Assembly: GCA_964524845.1 (NCBI GenBank)
Contig: CAZGFX010000002.1
Span: 6,440 to 70,439, forward strand
DNA: 64,000 bases
Direction of reading: 5' to 3'
Origin: an uncultured Gammaproteobacteria bacterium
GTDB lineage: Bacteria > Patescibacteriota > Patescibacteriia > CAZGFX01
Under the pieces are notes generated by a model that saw nothing but the letters and a program-made list of their open reading frames with translations, did not search any database and was not told the origin of the DNA. This document shows positions 41,306-51,163 of this stretch, one piece after another (the stretch's first letter is position 1; each line of letters opens with the position of its first letter). Made by a program: the position numbers and the translations under genes.

Positions 41306-42139
41306 ATGAATAAAAAAATTAAAAATATTTCAACTCTTGAAGAGAGTTCACGAGAAATAAGAAAATCAGTTATTAAATCTTTGGTTGAGGCAAAATCAGG
41401 ACATACGGCAGGATCTCTTGGTATGGCGGATGTATTTACTGTATTATATTTTAATATTCTTAATCATAATCCAAAAAAACCATCTTGGGAGGGTAGGGAT
41501 CGTTTAATTCTTTCGGCTGGACACATTTGTCCTGTTTGGTATGCAACACTTGCAGAAGCTGGATATTTTTCAAAAAACAAACTAATGACCTTGCGAAAAC
41601 TTGGTTCAGCTCTCCAAGGACATCCTCATACTTATATTAAATACGGAATTGAAAACACAGGTGGGCCACTCGGTCAAGGAATTTCATATGCCATAGGAAT
41701 TGCAAAAGCATTTAAAATGGATAAGAAAAAACAATTCGTTTATTGTATTATGAGCGATGGGGAACAAGAAGAAGGACAGGTGTGGGAGGCCGCTCAATTT
41801 GCTGCACACAATAAACTCGATAATCTTATCGCCATTATTGATCGAAACAATATACAAATTGACGGATATGTAAGTGATATTATGGGTATTGATCCTATTG
41901 CGGATAAGTATCGTGCTTTCGGATGGCACGTACAAGAAATAGATGGCCATTCCATAGAATCAATTATTGATGCTTGCAACAAAGCTAAATCAGTTCGCGC
42001 AGTACCATCTATAATTATTGCATACACGACTCCTGGAAAAGGCGTCGATTTTATGGAAGATGAATTTATATGGCATGGAAAACCACCTACTCCAGAAGAA
42101 GGTGAGAAGGCACTTGCACAACTTACTAAAAAGAAATAA
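41306..42139 (+). CDS. Transketolase, N-terminal subunit
   Basis: SGH, RDRLILSAGH, LQGHP, SDGEQEEG TPP motif, WHGK; ATG 41306 preferred over GTG 41231. Confidence 0.92.
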   Translation: MNKKIKNISTLEESSREIRKSVIKSLVEAKSGHTAGSLGMADVFTVLYFNILNHNPKKPSWEGRDRLILSAGHICPVWYATLAEAGYFSKNKLMTLRKLGSALQGHPHTYIKYGIENTGGPLGQGISYAIGIAKAFKMDKKKQFVYCIMSDGEQEEGQVWEAAQFAAHNKLDNLIAIIDRNNIQIDGYVSDIMGIDPIADKYRAFGWHVQEIDGHSIESIIDACNKAKSVRAVPSIIIAYTTPGKGVDFMEDEFIWHGKPPTPEEGEKALAQLTKKK

Positions 42140-42148
42140 TAAAAAACC

Positions 42149-43135
42149 ATGATAAATTTTAATAAAAAATTATACCTTGATCCCGCATTGCTTACTAATA
42201 AAATAAAGAAAATTCCAACTCGTGATGGATATGGTACTGGTGTTGTTGAGCTTGGAAAAAAGAATCGTTCAATTGTTGTTTTATGCTGCGATCTCACAGA
42301 GTCAACAAGAAATAATTGGTTTAAGGATAAATTTCCTGAAAGATTTGTAGAGGTGGGTGTTGCGGAACAAAACATGATGGGAATTGCGGCTGGAATGGCA
42401 ATGGTTGGAAAGGTGCCATTTGCTTCGTCGTATGCTGTGTTTTCTCCTGGAAGAAATTGGGATCAACTAAGAGTTTCTGTCTGTTATAATAATGCGAATG
42501 TCAAAATTGTAGGCGCTCATGCCGGAATATCAGTAGGCCCAGATGGAGCAACTCACCAAGCACTTGAAGACATAGCTATTGTTCGTGTATTGCCAAATAT
42601 GACCGTTGTTGTTCCGTGTGATGCGTTACAAGCTAATAAAGCGACAATTGCGATTGGTAAACACAAAGGACCAGCATATATAAGGCTTGGAAGAGAAAAA
42701 ACGCCTGTAATGACTACAAACAAAACACCTTTTACAATAGGTAAAATACAGGTTTTTTCAGAAGGGAAGGATGTTACAATTATAGCAATGGGCTCCATAT
42801 TATACAGCGTCATCGAAGCCGCTCAAATACTCTTAAAAAAAGGAATATCATCAACAATTGTAAATTGTCACACAATAAAGCCGCTTGATGAAAAAGGACT
42901 TTATTCAGCAATCAAAAAAACCAAAAGAGTTGTTACTGTTGAAGAGCACCAAATATATGGTGGGCTCGGTTCTGCAATTTCTGAGTTTTGTGCAAAAAAT
43001 ATTCCTATCCCAATTGAAATGGTTGGTGTGAATGATTTATTCGGAGAATCCGGAGAAGCAGAAGAACTTATAAAAAAATATAAAATAGACACAAACGATG
43101 TTGTGCGCGCTGTACATAATGTTTTAAAAAGATAA
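42149..43135 (+). CDS. Transketolase, C-terminal subunit
   Basis: GVAEQNM, GPDGATHQ, TIKPLD, VEEH. Confidence 0.92.
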   Translation: MINFNKKLYLDPALLTNKIKKIPTRDGYGTGVVELGKKNRSIVVLCCDLTESTRNNWFKDKFPERFVEVGVAEQNMMGIAAGMAMVGKVPFASSYAVFSPGRNWDQLRVSVCYNNANVKIVGAHAGISVGPDGATHQALEDIAIVRVLPNMTVVVPCDALQANKATIAIGKHKGPAYIRLGREKTPVMTTNKTPFTIGKIQVFSEGKDVTIIAMGSILYSVIEAAQILLKKGISSTIVNCHTIKPLDEKGLYSAIKKTKRVVTVEEHQIYGGLGSAISEFCAKNIPIPIEMVGVNDLFGESGEAEELIKKYKIDTNDVVRAVHNVLKR

Positions 43136-43146
43136 ATAATATTTTG

Positions 43147-44133
43147 ATGCCTATGTACGATATAATTACTATAGGGGATTCTTCTCTAGATGTTTTTCTT
43201 AAAATAAGCGAAGCATCTGTTCAGTGCTCTCTCAATCAAGACGACTGTCTTCTTCAATTAAATTATGCCGATAAGATACCAGTAGAAACCATTACCAGAA
43301 CGGTTGGAGGAAATGCTTGTAATGTTGCAATTGGAAGTTCAAAAATGGGTCTTAAAACAGGGTATTTTGGAATTCTTGGAAATGATGAAATAGCTCATTT
43401 AATACTTTCAAAACTTAAAAAATATAACATTACAACACATTGTGTTACTTTGGCGTCAGGAGAACAAAGTAATTATACAACTGCATTGAATTATAAAGGA
43501 GAACGCACATTATTAGTATATCATGCTCCAAGAAAATATTTTTTTCCTAAAAAACTCCCTGAAACAAAATGGATTTATTTTACATCATTAAACAAAGGTT
43601 TTGAAAAATACCATCAAAAACTAATCAATTATATTGAAAAAAAGAAAATATTAATGGCATTTAACCCAGGGACGTACCAAATTAAACTTCCTTTTTCAAA
43701 AATAGAATCTATTCTTCGTCATACACATATTCTTTTCGTTAATATTACTGAAGCAAAAAGAATTTTACGGAAAGATATTCGAGATATAAAGAGATTATTA
43801 TGTGAGTTTTCAAATTTCGGTATATCTTATATATGTATTACAGACGGCCCTAAAGGAGCATATGCGTATGATTCTAATAAAAAAGAATTTTATAGAATTC
43901 CTCCATATCCGGGAAAGAGAATAGAAGCTACAGGAGCAGGGGATTCTTTTGCTACTGGAGTTGTTGCTGGAATGTTTTATGAAAAAGACTTTAAAAAAGC
44001 ACTTCTTTGGGGACCTGTTAATTCAGCGTCAGTGGTTCAAAAAATAGGCCCTCAGGCCGGACTTCTTACATTATCAGAGATGAAAAACAAACTTCGAAGA
44101 AAACCATCGGGATATAAACTTATTAAATTATAA
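43147..44133 (+). CDS. PfkB family carbohydrate kinase
   Basis: GGNACNVA and EATGAGDSF signatures. Confidence 0.9.
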   Translation: MPMYDIITIGDSSLDVFLKISEASVQCSLNQDDCLLQLNYADKIPVETITRTVGGNACNVAIGSSKMGLKTGYFGILGNDEIAHLILSKLKKYNITTHCVTLASGEQSNYTTALNYKGERTLLVYHAPRKYFFPKKLPETKWIYFTSLNKGFEKYHQKLINYIEKKKILMAFNPGTYQIKLPFSKIESILRHTHILFVNITEAKRILRKDIRDIKRLLCEFSNFGISYICITDGPKGAYAYDSNKKEFYRIPPYPGKRIEATGAGDSFATGVVAGMFYEKDFKKALLWGPVNSASVVQKIGPQAGLLTLSEMKNKLRRKPSGYKLIKL

Positions 44134-44142
44134 AAACAGTAT

Positions 44143-45165
44143 ATGAAAAGAAAATATACAGTATGTGTTTCTCATCCTATTCCTACTCCAGGAATTACAC
44201 TTCTTAAAAAAAAGGGGTATGATGTCCATATTTTTAAAAAAGTCGGTTCATTAAGTAAAAATGAGTTTATACGAATGATGAAAAGGTGCGATGTACTTCT
44301 GTCTCTTTTAACCGATACGATTGATGACGATGTTTTAAAAGCAAATCCACATCTTCTGGGGGTATCAAATTATGCAATTGGTTTTAATAATATTGATGTT
44401 GTAGCCGCTACAAAACGAGGAATTATAATTACGAACACACCAGCTCCAGAGGTCGCATATACTGTTGCTGATTTTACTGTAGGGCTCATGCTTGCGGCCG
44501 GACGTAGAATTGTCGAAGCCGATATGTTTACTCGTGCAGGAAAATATCATGGCTGGAATCCTTCGGCATTTATAGGTGTTGATTTATATGGATCAACAAT
44601 TGGAATTGTTGGAATGGGGCACATAGGAAAAGAAGTTGCGCGACGACTAAAGGGGTTTGGGTGCTCGATTGTTTATTATGATTATTTTGGTCGTATAAAA
44701 GATGTGGAAATGCAATTTGGTGCACAATATATTCCTTTGAAAAAACTTTTGTCGATTTCTGATTATATCACACTTCATGTTCCTTTGAATGAGTCTACAC
44801 ACCATCTTATTTCAACGAAAGAGTTTTCCATTATGAAAAAGAACGCTGTTATTATTAACACATCGCGCGGACCTGTTATTGATGAAAAGGCTCTTGTTCG
44901 GGCATTAGAAAAGGGGAGAATTGCCGGAGTTGCTGTAGATGTGTATGAAAAAGAACCAGCTATTGATGTGGACTACACCGATACATTGGAGCTTAAAAAA
45001 CAGAAAAACGCTGTTTTAACTCCGCACATTGCCTCTGCGTCCGTGAAAGCCAGAGATAAGATGTCAGAAATGGCAGCTAGAGGGGTTATAGCGATTATAG
45101 AAAGGGATTCTTCGTTTAAAGGACTTATAAACCCGGAGGTATTTAAAATAACAAGAAAAATATGA
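44143..45165 (+). CDS. D-isomer-specific 2-hydroxyacid (D-glycerate/glyoxylate) dehydrogenase
   Basis: GIVGMGHIG, INTSRG, DVYEKEP, LTPHIAS. Confidence 0.92.
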   Translation: MKRKYTVCVSHPIPTPGITLLKKKGYDVHIFKKVGSLSKNEFIRMMKRCDVLLSLLTDTIDDDVLKANPHLLGVSNYAIGFNNIDVVAATKRGIIITNTPAPEVAYTVADFTVGLMLAAGRRIVEADMFTRAGKYHGWNPSAFIGVDLYGSTIGIVGMGHIGKEVARRLKGFGCSIVYYDYFGRIKDVEMQFGAQYIPLKKLLSISDYITLHVPLNESTHHLISTKEFSIMKKNAVIINTSRGPVIDEKALVRALEKGRIAGVAVDVYEKEPAIDVDYTDTLELKKQKNAVLTPHIASASVKARDKMSEMAARGVIAIIERDSSFKGLINPEVFKITRKI

Positions 45166-45198
45166 TATAATTAGCCCACTTATAACAATATTAATCTT

Positions 45199-45897
45199 AT
45201 GATGAGAAGTTACACGAGTTTAATTTTAACTATTATTGCCTTATTATTATGTGGCAATCTTTACTTTCAGATATTTCCCGTATCATCTCCTGTTTATAGT
45301 AGTATAAGTCCGGAACAAAAATCATTAAATAAACAAAACAATAAAATAATAAAAGAAGTTTCAAAAGTTATTAATGAGGATCTTTCTATTAAGGGAGCTC
45401 CGACTGTTGCTACAATTACTGATGCGGACGCACTACGAAAGAATAATGAGATACAAGCAGAAGTATATAAGGACGCGAAGAATGGGGATATAGCAATAGG
45501 ATTCACAGAAGAAATGATTATTTATCGCAAAGATGAGAAAAAGATCGTATATCGTGGCAAAAACCCTGTACGTATTCTTCAGGAAAAGAATTATTTCGCT
45601 GAAATTCAAATAATTACAAACAAGGTAAAAGCAAAGACAAATCTTCCCGCAAACGAAACGCCAAGCCTCAGTATTGTGACAACTCCTGATACTTTAAAAG
45701 TAAATGATCCTATAAAATACAAGAATATTGCGTTAGGTGACAGAATACTCGTTTTTAAAGACAGAATGATTATATATAGATTAACAGATGACATTATTAT
45801 ATATGATGGTCCAATAACAAATTCAAACGCAAATCAACAACAAGTTCCTGCACCAACCACTGAGCAGAATCAACAACAAAATCAGGCACAACAATAA
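45199..45897 (+). CDS. Membrane-anchored protein with two copies of a small domain
   Basis: N-terminal TM; two P-T/S...YK...GD...MIIYR units; Gln-rich tail. Confidence 0.7.
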   Translation: MMRSYTSLILTIIALLLCGNLYFQIFPVSSPVYSSISPEQKSLNKQNNKIIKEVSKVINEDLSIKGAPTVATITDADALRKNNEIQAEVYKDAKNGDIAIGFTEEMIIYRKDEKKIVYRGKNPVRILQEKNYFAEIQIITNKVKAKTNLPANETPSLSIVTTPDTLKVNDPIKYKNIALGDRILVFKDRMIIYRLTDDIIIYDGPITNSNANQQQVPAPTTEQNQQQNQAQQ

Positions 45898-46013
45898 AAG
45901 AAGGGGGTAAAAAGAATAAACTAACTTGATTGATTAAATGGATATATATGTGTCGCACAATATATCTTATGCGACGCTTATATATCTCAAAGGGCTTATT
46001 ATATATCAATTAT

Positions 46014-46041
46014 AAAACGGATGGTTTCCCCATCCGTTTTT
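46014..46041. terminator. Bidirectional terminator
   Basis: AAAACGGATGG-tttcc-CCATCCGTTTT. Confidence 0.8.
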
Positions 46042-46082
46042 GTTTATATTTAAACAAACCTTCTCTTTTCTTTGGTGTTTTT

Positions 46083-46430
46083 TTAATTACTTATTTTAAT
46101 ATGGTCTTTTACATATATTGATTTTATCTTATTGATCGGTATTCTTTCCATACCACATGATATATATATTGGCAATATATCATCTGTTTTAATTTCTTTA
46201 AGATGTGTATAAACGATTCTTCTGGATATCGTTTTTTCTTCATTTTTATCATTTTTATATTTAATAACAATTTCTTTTGATCTATTAAAGGCGGTATATT
46301 CTTCTATTATTCGTTTAAAACGCATTATAATTTCACTATATTCTTTTTTCCACTGAATATAGCAGTTACTTTCTTTTTCCAAGTTTCCGTGATGGTTTCT
46401 TTTATCCAGCGATGGGTCTAAATGAGACAT
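46083..46430 (-). CDS. Hypothetical protein
   Basis: AAGGAG SD and TTGTAT-17-TATAAT promoter upstream. Confidence 0.65.
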   Translation of the reverse strand: MSHLDPSLDKRNHHGNLEKESNCYIQWKKEYSEIIMRFKRIIEEYTAFNRSKEIVIKYKNDKNEEKTISRRIVYTHLKEIKTDDILPIYISCGMERIPINKIKSIYVKDHIKISN

Positions 46431-46625
46431 TTTATTATCTCCTTTTTTAAATGTTTTTTTGTTATTTATTTTAATTTTTATTTTTCATTAAATTATAAAC
46501 TTTTTTTATAGAAAATACAAGTTCGTAAAATTAAAAATCAAGAGAACAAAAAAGTAGTTCTTGATATATTGGCTAATATTAGCTAAAATATTAATATTGT
46601 ATAATTCTTTTATTCTCAATATTCT

Positions 46626-47378
46626 TCAATCTTTAATATGTTTTGTAAATTGGTTTGTATCTGTAAATAATTCAAAATGTATATTTTTTAAATCCACATC
46701 GGTTCCCTTTAAATACGAAACAGTGTTTTTTACCATTTCAGGTGTTCCGCATATATAAAAGTCATATAAAGAAGCCTGTTTTTCTCCTATTGTTCTATTA
46801 AAGACATCCAATACTCGCCCATTAAAAAAAGTCTTCTCATCAGTGAAGTCCGCATCTCTTGAGAGGCATGGAAAGAAGCGAAATGTCGGATAAAGCTTCT
46901 CCCAAGAACGAAATACATCTTCGTATGCTAAGTTTGTATGGTCTTTTATTCCAAAAAAAAGCATTGTTTCTTGTTTTGCTCCCGTGTTTATCCATTCTTT
47001 TAAAATAGAATAATTCGGACCTATTCCGGATCCTGTAACAAGATATATTTTTGGTTTTTCGTTATCAACATAAAAATATTTTCCATAAGGACCTGAAATT
47101 GTAATTGAATCACCAGAACGAAGAGAGGAAAAATATAGAAGAGCCCTACTTTTCGGATTAATTGTTATTGTACACTCAAGAAACTCTTCGATAGGATGAG
47201 ATGATAAAGAATAAAATCTTGTAAGAAAACCATCTTCATGTGGAATTTTAATTGATATAAACTGTCCTGGTAAATATGAAAACGAGCTTGGTTTTTTTAT
47301 ACGAAGCAAAACCATTCTTGAGGACAACGACTTTAAATAAACAAAAGAAGTTATAATGTAGGTCGTTGTAGATTCCAT
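46626..47378 (-). CDS. FAD/NAD(P)-binding ferredoxin-reductase-like oxidoreductase
   Basis: PGQF, RFYSLSS, GPYG, TGSGIGP, YICG, HFE. Confidence 0.88.
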   Translation of the reverse strand: MESTTTYIITSFVYLKSLSSRMVLLRIKKPSSFSYLPGQFISIKIPHEDGFLTRFYSLSSHPIEEFLECTITINPKSRALLYFSSLRSGDSITISGPYGKYFYVDNEKPKIYLVTGSGIGPNYSILKEWINTGAKQETMLFFGIKDHTNLAYEDVFRSWEKLYPTFRFFPCLSRDADFTDEKTFFNGRVLDVFNRTIGEKQASLYDFYICGTPEMVKNTVSYLKGTDVDLKNIHFELFTDTNQFTKHIKD

Positions 47379-47383
47379 ATTAA

Positions 47384-49924
47384 TTATTCGCGCGGTTTTA
47401 AAACCGTCGTACAATACATATCTTCAGAAAGAACACCTTCACATTGTATTAAATTCTGATCAACAGTGCTGTTTTTTGCATTATAAGACGAAGCTGTCCA
47501 TTCCACAGACAATGAGTCAGCTTTAGATGGGTTAAATGAACTTGAAATATATGTATTATCGATTCCTGATTGTTTTTGAACATATAATGAGTATGTTTGT
47601 GGATTTGAATCAATAGAAGAAAGTGAAAATGGCAATAAATATGAGAACGTAATAGTCGAAGATGAAAAAGGAGCTGTTTGAATCCAGTTTCCAAACACGG
47701 TTTTATCGAATTGCTCGGATATATCCGTGCCGGTAATAGAATCTTTATTCGAATATTGCTCTATTATATCAATATCCGAATCTGTATTAAGAGCGAATAA
47801 TTTCTCCTGCTTAAACAAATCTTCATTCGGAGGTTTATATCCTGACACAGAGACGAGTTTACTTCCTTTTGGAACATATATTCGAACATAATCCACGTTA
47901 TTTGCATCCGTATATATCATATTTGATGGGCCATTGTGTCTGCGTGTAATTTCAACAGTATCTACAATACTTCCATCCGGTTGAACGTCCGCTGTGTGAT
48001 GAACATTTGTTGAAACAACGGCATCTGATTTTCCGCCACCTATATTAGTATGAGCAACCATTAGATAATCCCCTTTTATTGATTGTATCTCCCCTGCCCA
48101 TCCTAGATTTTCAACGTATTCTTGTGTTTTCTGGTCACGTGCATATATTTGAATGTTTTTTTGTGTAAACCCATCATAAAAAAGAGAAATTAAAGGAAAC
48201 AAATCAGATTCCTTTGTGTTAAAAATACGATCAAGAATTTTCGGCATGAGATCTCCTATGAATTTCTTTGGCTTGTTTTCTTTTTTATCGTATTCGACCT
48301 CAACGGCTGACTGTGTTTCTTCATAAAAATTTTCGCTCGTGATCGTTTTGCCATATTCCGGCATTTCTATAGGGCCTGTAAGTGCAAGCAATTTTTCAAC
48401 AATATCAGAATTAATAGCAATAACTCCATCAACTGATGTCCCTCCTGATTTTTCATAAAACCACATAATTTTCTTAGCTGATGTTGGAAAGTCAGGCCAC
48501 CAATTCGCGTCCCACATATACCAACGAGGAGCGATAAGTCCAAGTGGTTTAGGAGAAAAAACCCTTGTGGTCAAACCACCCTTCGTATCATAAGCTCCCC
48601 CACCAGGTACGATCGTATCTTTTAAGAGGCCATGATCCAACGTTACCTCTGCAAAACTTCCTATAAAACCACCTGTTGGACGTATTTCAGCTGTGTTTTG
48701 AAAAACAAATAAATATTTTTTCTTGTCATAATGCCCAAAAAGATTAATAAGCGCCAAAAGCATGGTATCTGTTTTTGAAACAAATCTTTCTATTGATGGA
48801 AGAGTTTGTTTTACAAGTAATATTTGATCTTTGTATCGTGAAGGAATATTTGAATCATTTATGTTTGAAAGTGTATCCCCTGCCTCGTTTAAAGATTTTT
48901 GTGAAACAAGAACATGAGCTCTCATTTTAACTAATGTTTCTGTAAGTGGTTCATTATCATTGTTTAGCGACATGGTAGTAAGTACGCTAGCTAGAGATTG
49001 TGAGGCGTCTGAAATTTGTTTTCCTGTTTTTAATAATGACTCACCCAGTTTAATCTTATCTCCTGCAAAAGGTATTTTTTTGGAAATTGTGATAAGTGTA
49101 GAATTATATTCACGAAGTACAGAATAAGCCATATCAAAACTCATTGCAGCATAAGAAAGTTTTGTTGTTATAGAAGAAGGGGTCTTGTCGGAATCAGTAA
49201 TTGTTCCAAGATACCCGACTGCTTGTGAAGCAGAGCGCTCGAGTATACCAAATCGTTCAAACATCTTCTCTATATAACTACCATAATATAACGGAAATAT
49301 AGCAATAATTGAAACACATGCGAAAATAAGCGTTTCTTTTTTCAGCTTAGTATTATAACGCACCATGTTTTGAAAAATGGTCGATGGAAAATTTTGTATT
49401 TCTCGCAGTGTTAAAACAATTGTTTTAAAAAAATTTTCTGATTTAACACCACGCATAGGCTCTTTTATAGAATATGAAGGCTCTGCAATCGGTTTTGACA
49501 ATATGCGTCGCGCAGGAGCACTCGGAGGTTGTACGGGTATATATTTATTTTGTTCATCGACACGAATAATATGAGGAGATGTTTTAATCCGATCGTTTTG
49601 ATAAGAATATACATGAGTAACTCCTTCGGAATCTATTTTTTTAAATATGAGCGATGCGGTTTTTTCTTCGATATTTTTTATAACATCGATAGAACGTCCA
49701 TTCTCTTTTTTACTTTTTTGTTTATCATTACAAAAAGAAGTATGAGCACCTACTCTTATAATGGAATCGAGCTCTGCTTTTTCATTTTTTATTTCTTCTG
49801 TTTCTTCTGGAACTGTATTTTTTTCGACATCATATACATCGCTTTGCAAAACAAGCGTGTTAAGAAATGTATATCCGTCTTGTTCTAGTACTATCGTATG
49901 TCTTTTTTTGTGTTCTGTGGGCAT
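47384..49924 (-). CDS. DUF4012 domain protein
   Basis: FQNTAEIRPTGGFIGS, DANWWPDFPTSA, DGVIAI, GGGKSD, VQKQSG. Confidence 0.85.
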   Translation of the reverse strand: MPTEHKKRHTIVLEQDGYTFLNTLVLQSDVYDVEKNTVPEETEEIKNEKAELDSIIRVGAHTSFCNDKQKSKKENGRSIDVIKNIEEKTASLIFKKIDSEGVTHVYSYQNDRIKTSPHIIRVDEQNKYIPVQPPSAPARRILSKPIAEPSYSIKEPMRGVKSENFFKTIVLTLREIQNFPSTIFQNMVRYNTKLKKETLIFACVSIIAIFPLYYGSYIEKMFERFGILERSASQAVGYLGTITDSDKTPSSITTKLSYAAMSFDMAYSVLREYNSTLITISKKIPFAGDKIKLGESLLKTGKQISDASQSLASVLTTMSLNNDNEPLTETLVKMRAHVLVSQKSLNEAGDTLSNINDSNIPSRYKDQILLVKQTLPSIERFVSKTDTMLLALINLFGHYDKKKYLFVFQNTAEIRPTGGFIGSFAEVTLDHGLLKDTIVPGGGAYDTKGGLTTRVFSPKPLGLIAPRWYMWDANWWPDFPTSAKKIMWFYEKSGGTSVDGVIAINSDIVEKLLALTGPIEMPEYGKTITSENFYEETQSAVEVEYDKKENKPKKFIGDLMPKILDRIFNTKESDLFPLISLFYDGFTQKNIQIYARDQKTQEYVENLGWAGEIQSIKGDYLMVAHTNIGGGKSDAVVSTNVHHTADVQPDGSIVDTVEITRRHNGPSNMIYTDANNVDYVRIYVPKGSKLVSVSGYKPPNEDLFKQEKLFALNTDSDIDIIEQYSNKDSITGTDISEQFDKTVFGNWIQTAPFSSSTITFSYLLPFSLSSIDSNPQTYSLYVQKQSGIDNTYISSSFNPSKADSLSVEWTASSYNAKNSTVDQNLIQCEGVLSEDMYCTTVLKPRE

Positions 49925-50023
49925 GGAGATATTTTATTGATCAATAAATTTACCTAATTATACAATAAAAAAACTGCTTTCTAAACCATATATACACAGG
50001 AAATATTGGCTTAAATGAGTGTT

Positions 50024-51154
50024 TTAATTAATGTGTTTTTTTGACTTCTCGTCTTTTGTAATTGTTTTGACAAAATCTTCTATTTCTTGTTGAAAACGAG
50101 AAACGGAAAAACGTTTTGCGAAAGACCTTATTGATTCTGCGTCAAAGGAATATTTATCAAATCGAAGCACCGTAGATGCCAGATCTTCCCATGTTTGTTC
50201 TTCAAATAATAATCCAGTCTCCCCTTCTTTTATAATTTCTGCTGCTCCTCCAGCGTTGAACGCAATAACCGGTTTTCCCATCGCCATCGCCTCTATCATT
50301 GTTATTCCAAAATCCTCAATTTGAGGATATAAAAAAGCTTTACATCCTTCAAAAAGCTTCATTTTCTGCTCATCATTAATACTACCACAAAACTCTATGT
50401 TATTTTTTGCCATTGCACGAAGACGATCCTCATCTTCTCCACTTCCAAAAATTTTAAGAGGAATTCCAAGTTTATTAAAAGCTTGTATAGCTAAATCAAA
50501 TCTCTTATATGGTCTCATTCGACCCCCTATTAGAAAATAATTACCTTTTGAATTAACGTGTGGAATTGCTGAAATATATTTTTCAACATCAACAGGAGGA
50601 TAAATTACAATTGAATTTCTTTTATAAAATTTATGAATTCGGCCCGCAACAAAACTTGAATTCGCTATATAGTGATCTACTCTTTGTGCCGCATTGTAAT
50701 CCCAGACTCTCAAAAAAGGAAGAGTAATAGTTACGAGAAATTTAATAAAACGATTATAAGGAAGTGTTTCGATATATTCCTGTGTATCGCTCCATAAATA
50801 ACGCGTTGGTGTATGACAATAACAAATATGAACAGCATTTGTGTCACTAATAATTCCTTTTGCGAAATGAGACGAAGAAGATATTATTACATCAGTATCT
50901 TTTGGAATTGGTAATGATTCGACAGCCGATGGAATAAGTAGTAAAAACCATCTGAACAGTTTTCTGGCAAGCGAGGTATTTCCAATCCATGATTGTATAA
51001 TTTTTCTTCCTTTAAACATAGAATCAAGAAACGGATCCTTATCCTTCATGATTGTATAAATAGGCGCATCAGGATACATATCCGATATTGCTTTTATCGT
51101 CTTCTCTGCGCCTCCGTATTGATTTAGTTGGTCGTGTACCAATACTATTTTCAT
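50024..51154 (-). CDS. GT4 family glycosyltransferase
   Basis: VHDQL..GGAE, YCHTP, EDFGITMIEAMAMGKPVIA. Confidence 0.92.
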   Translation of the reverse strand: MKIVLVHDQLNQYGGAEKTIKAISDMYPDAPIYTIMKDKDPFLDSMFKGRKIIQSWIGNTSLARKLFRWFLLLIPSAVESLPIPKDTDVIISSSSHFAKGIISDTNAVHICYCHTPTRYLWSDTQEYIETLPYNRFIKFLVTITLPFLRVWDYNAAQRVDHYIANSSFVAGRIHKFYKRNSIVIYPPVDVEKYISAIPHVNSKGNYFLIGGRMRPYKRFDLAIQAFNKLGIPLKIFGSGEDEDRLRAMAKNNIEFCGSINDEQKMKLFEGCKAFLYPQIEDFGITMIEAMAMGKPVIAFNAGGAAEIIKEGETGLLFEEQTWEDLASTVLRFDKYSFDAESIRSFAKRFSVSRFQQEIEDFVKTITKDEKSKKHIN

Positions 51155-51163
51155 ATATGTAAA

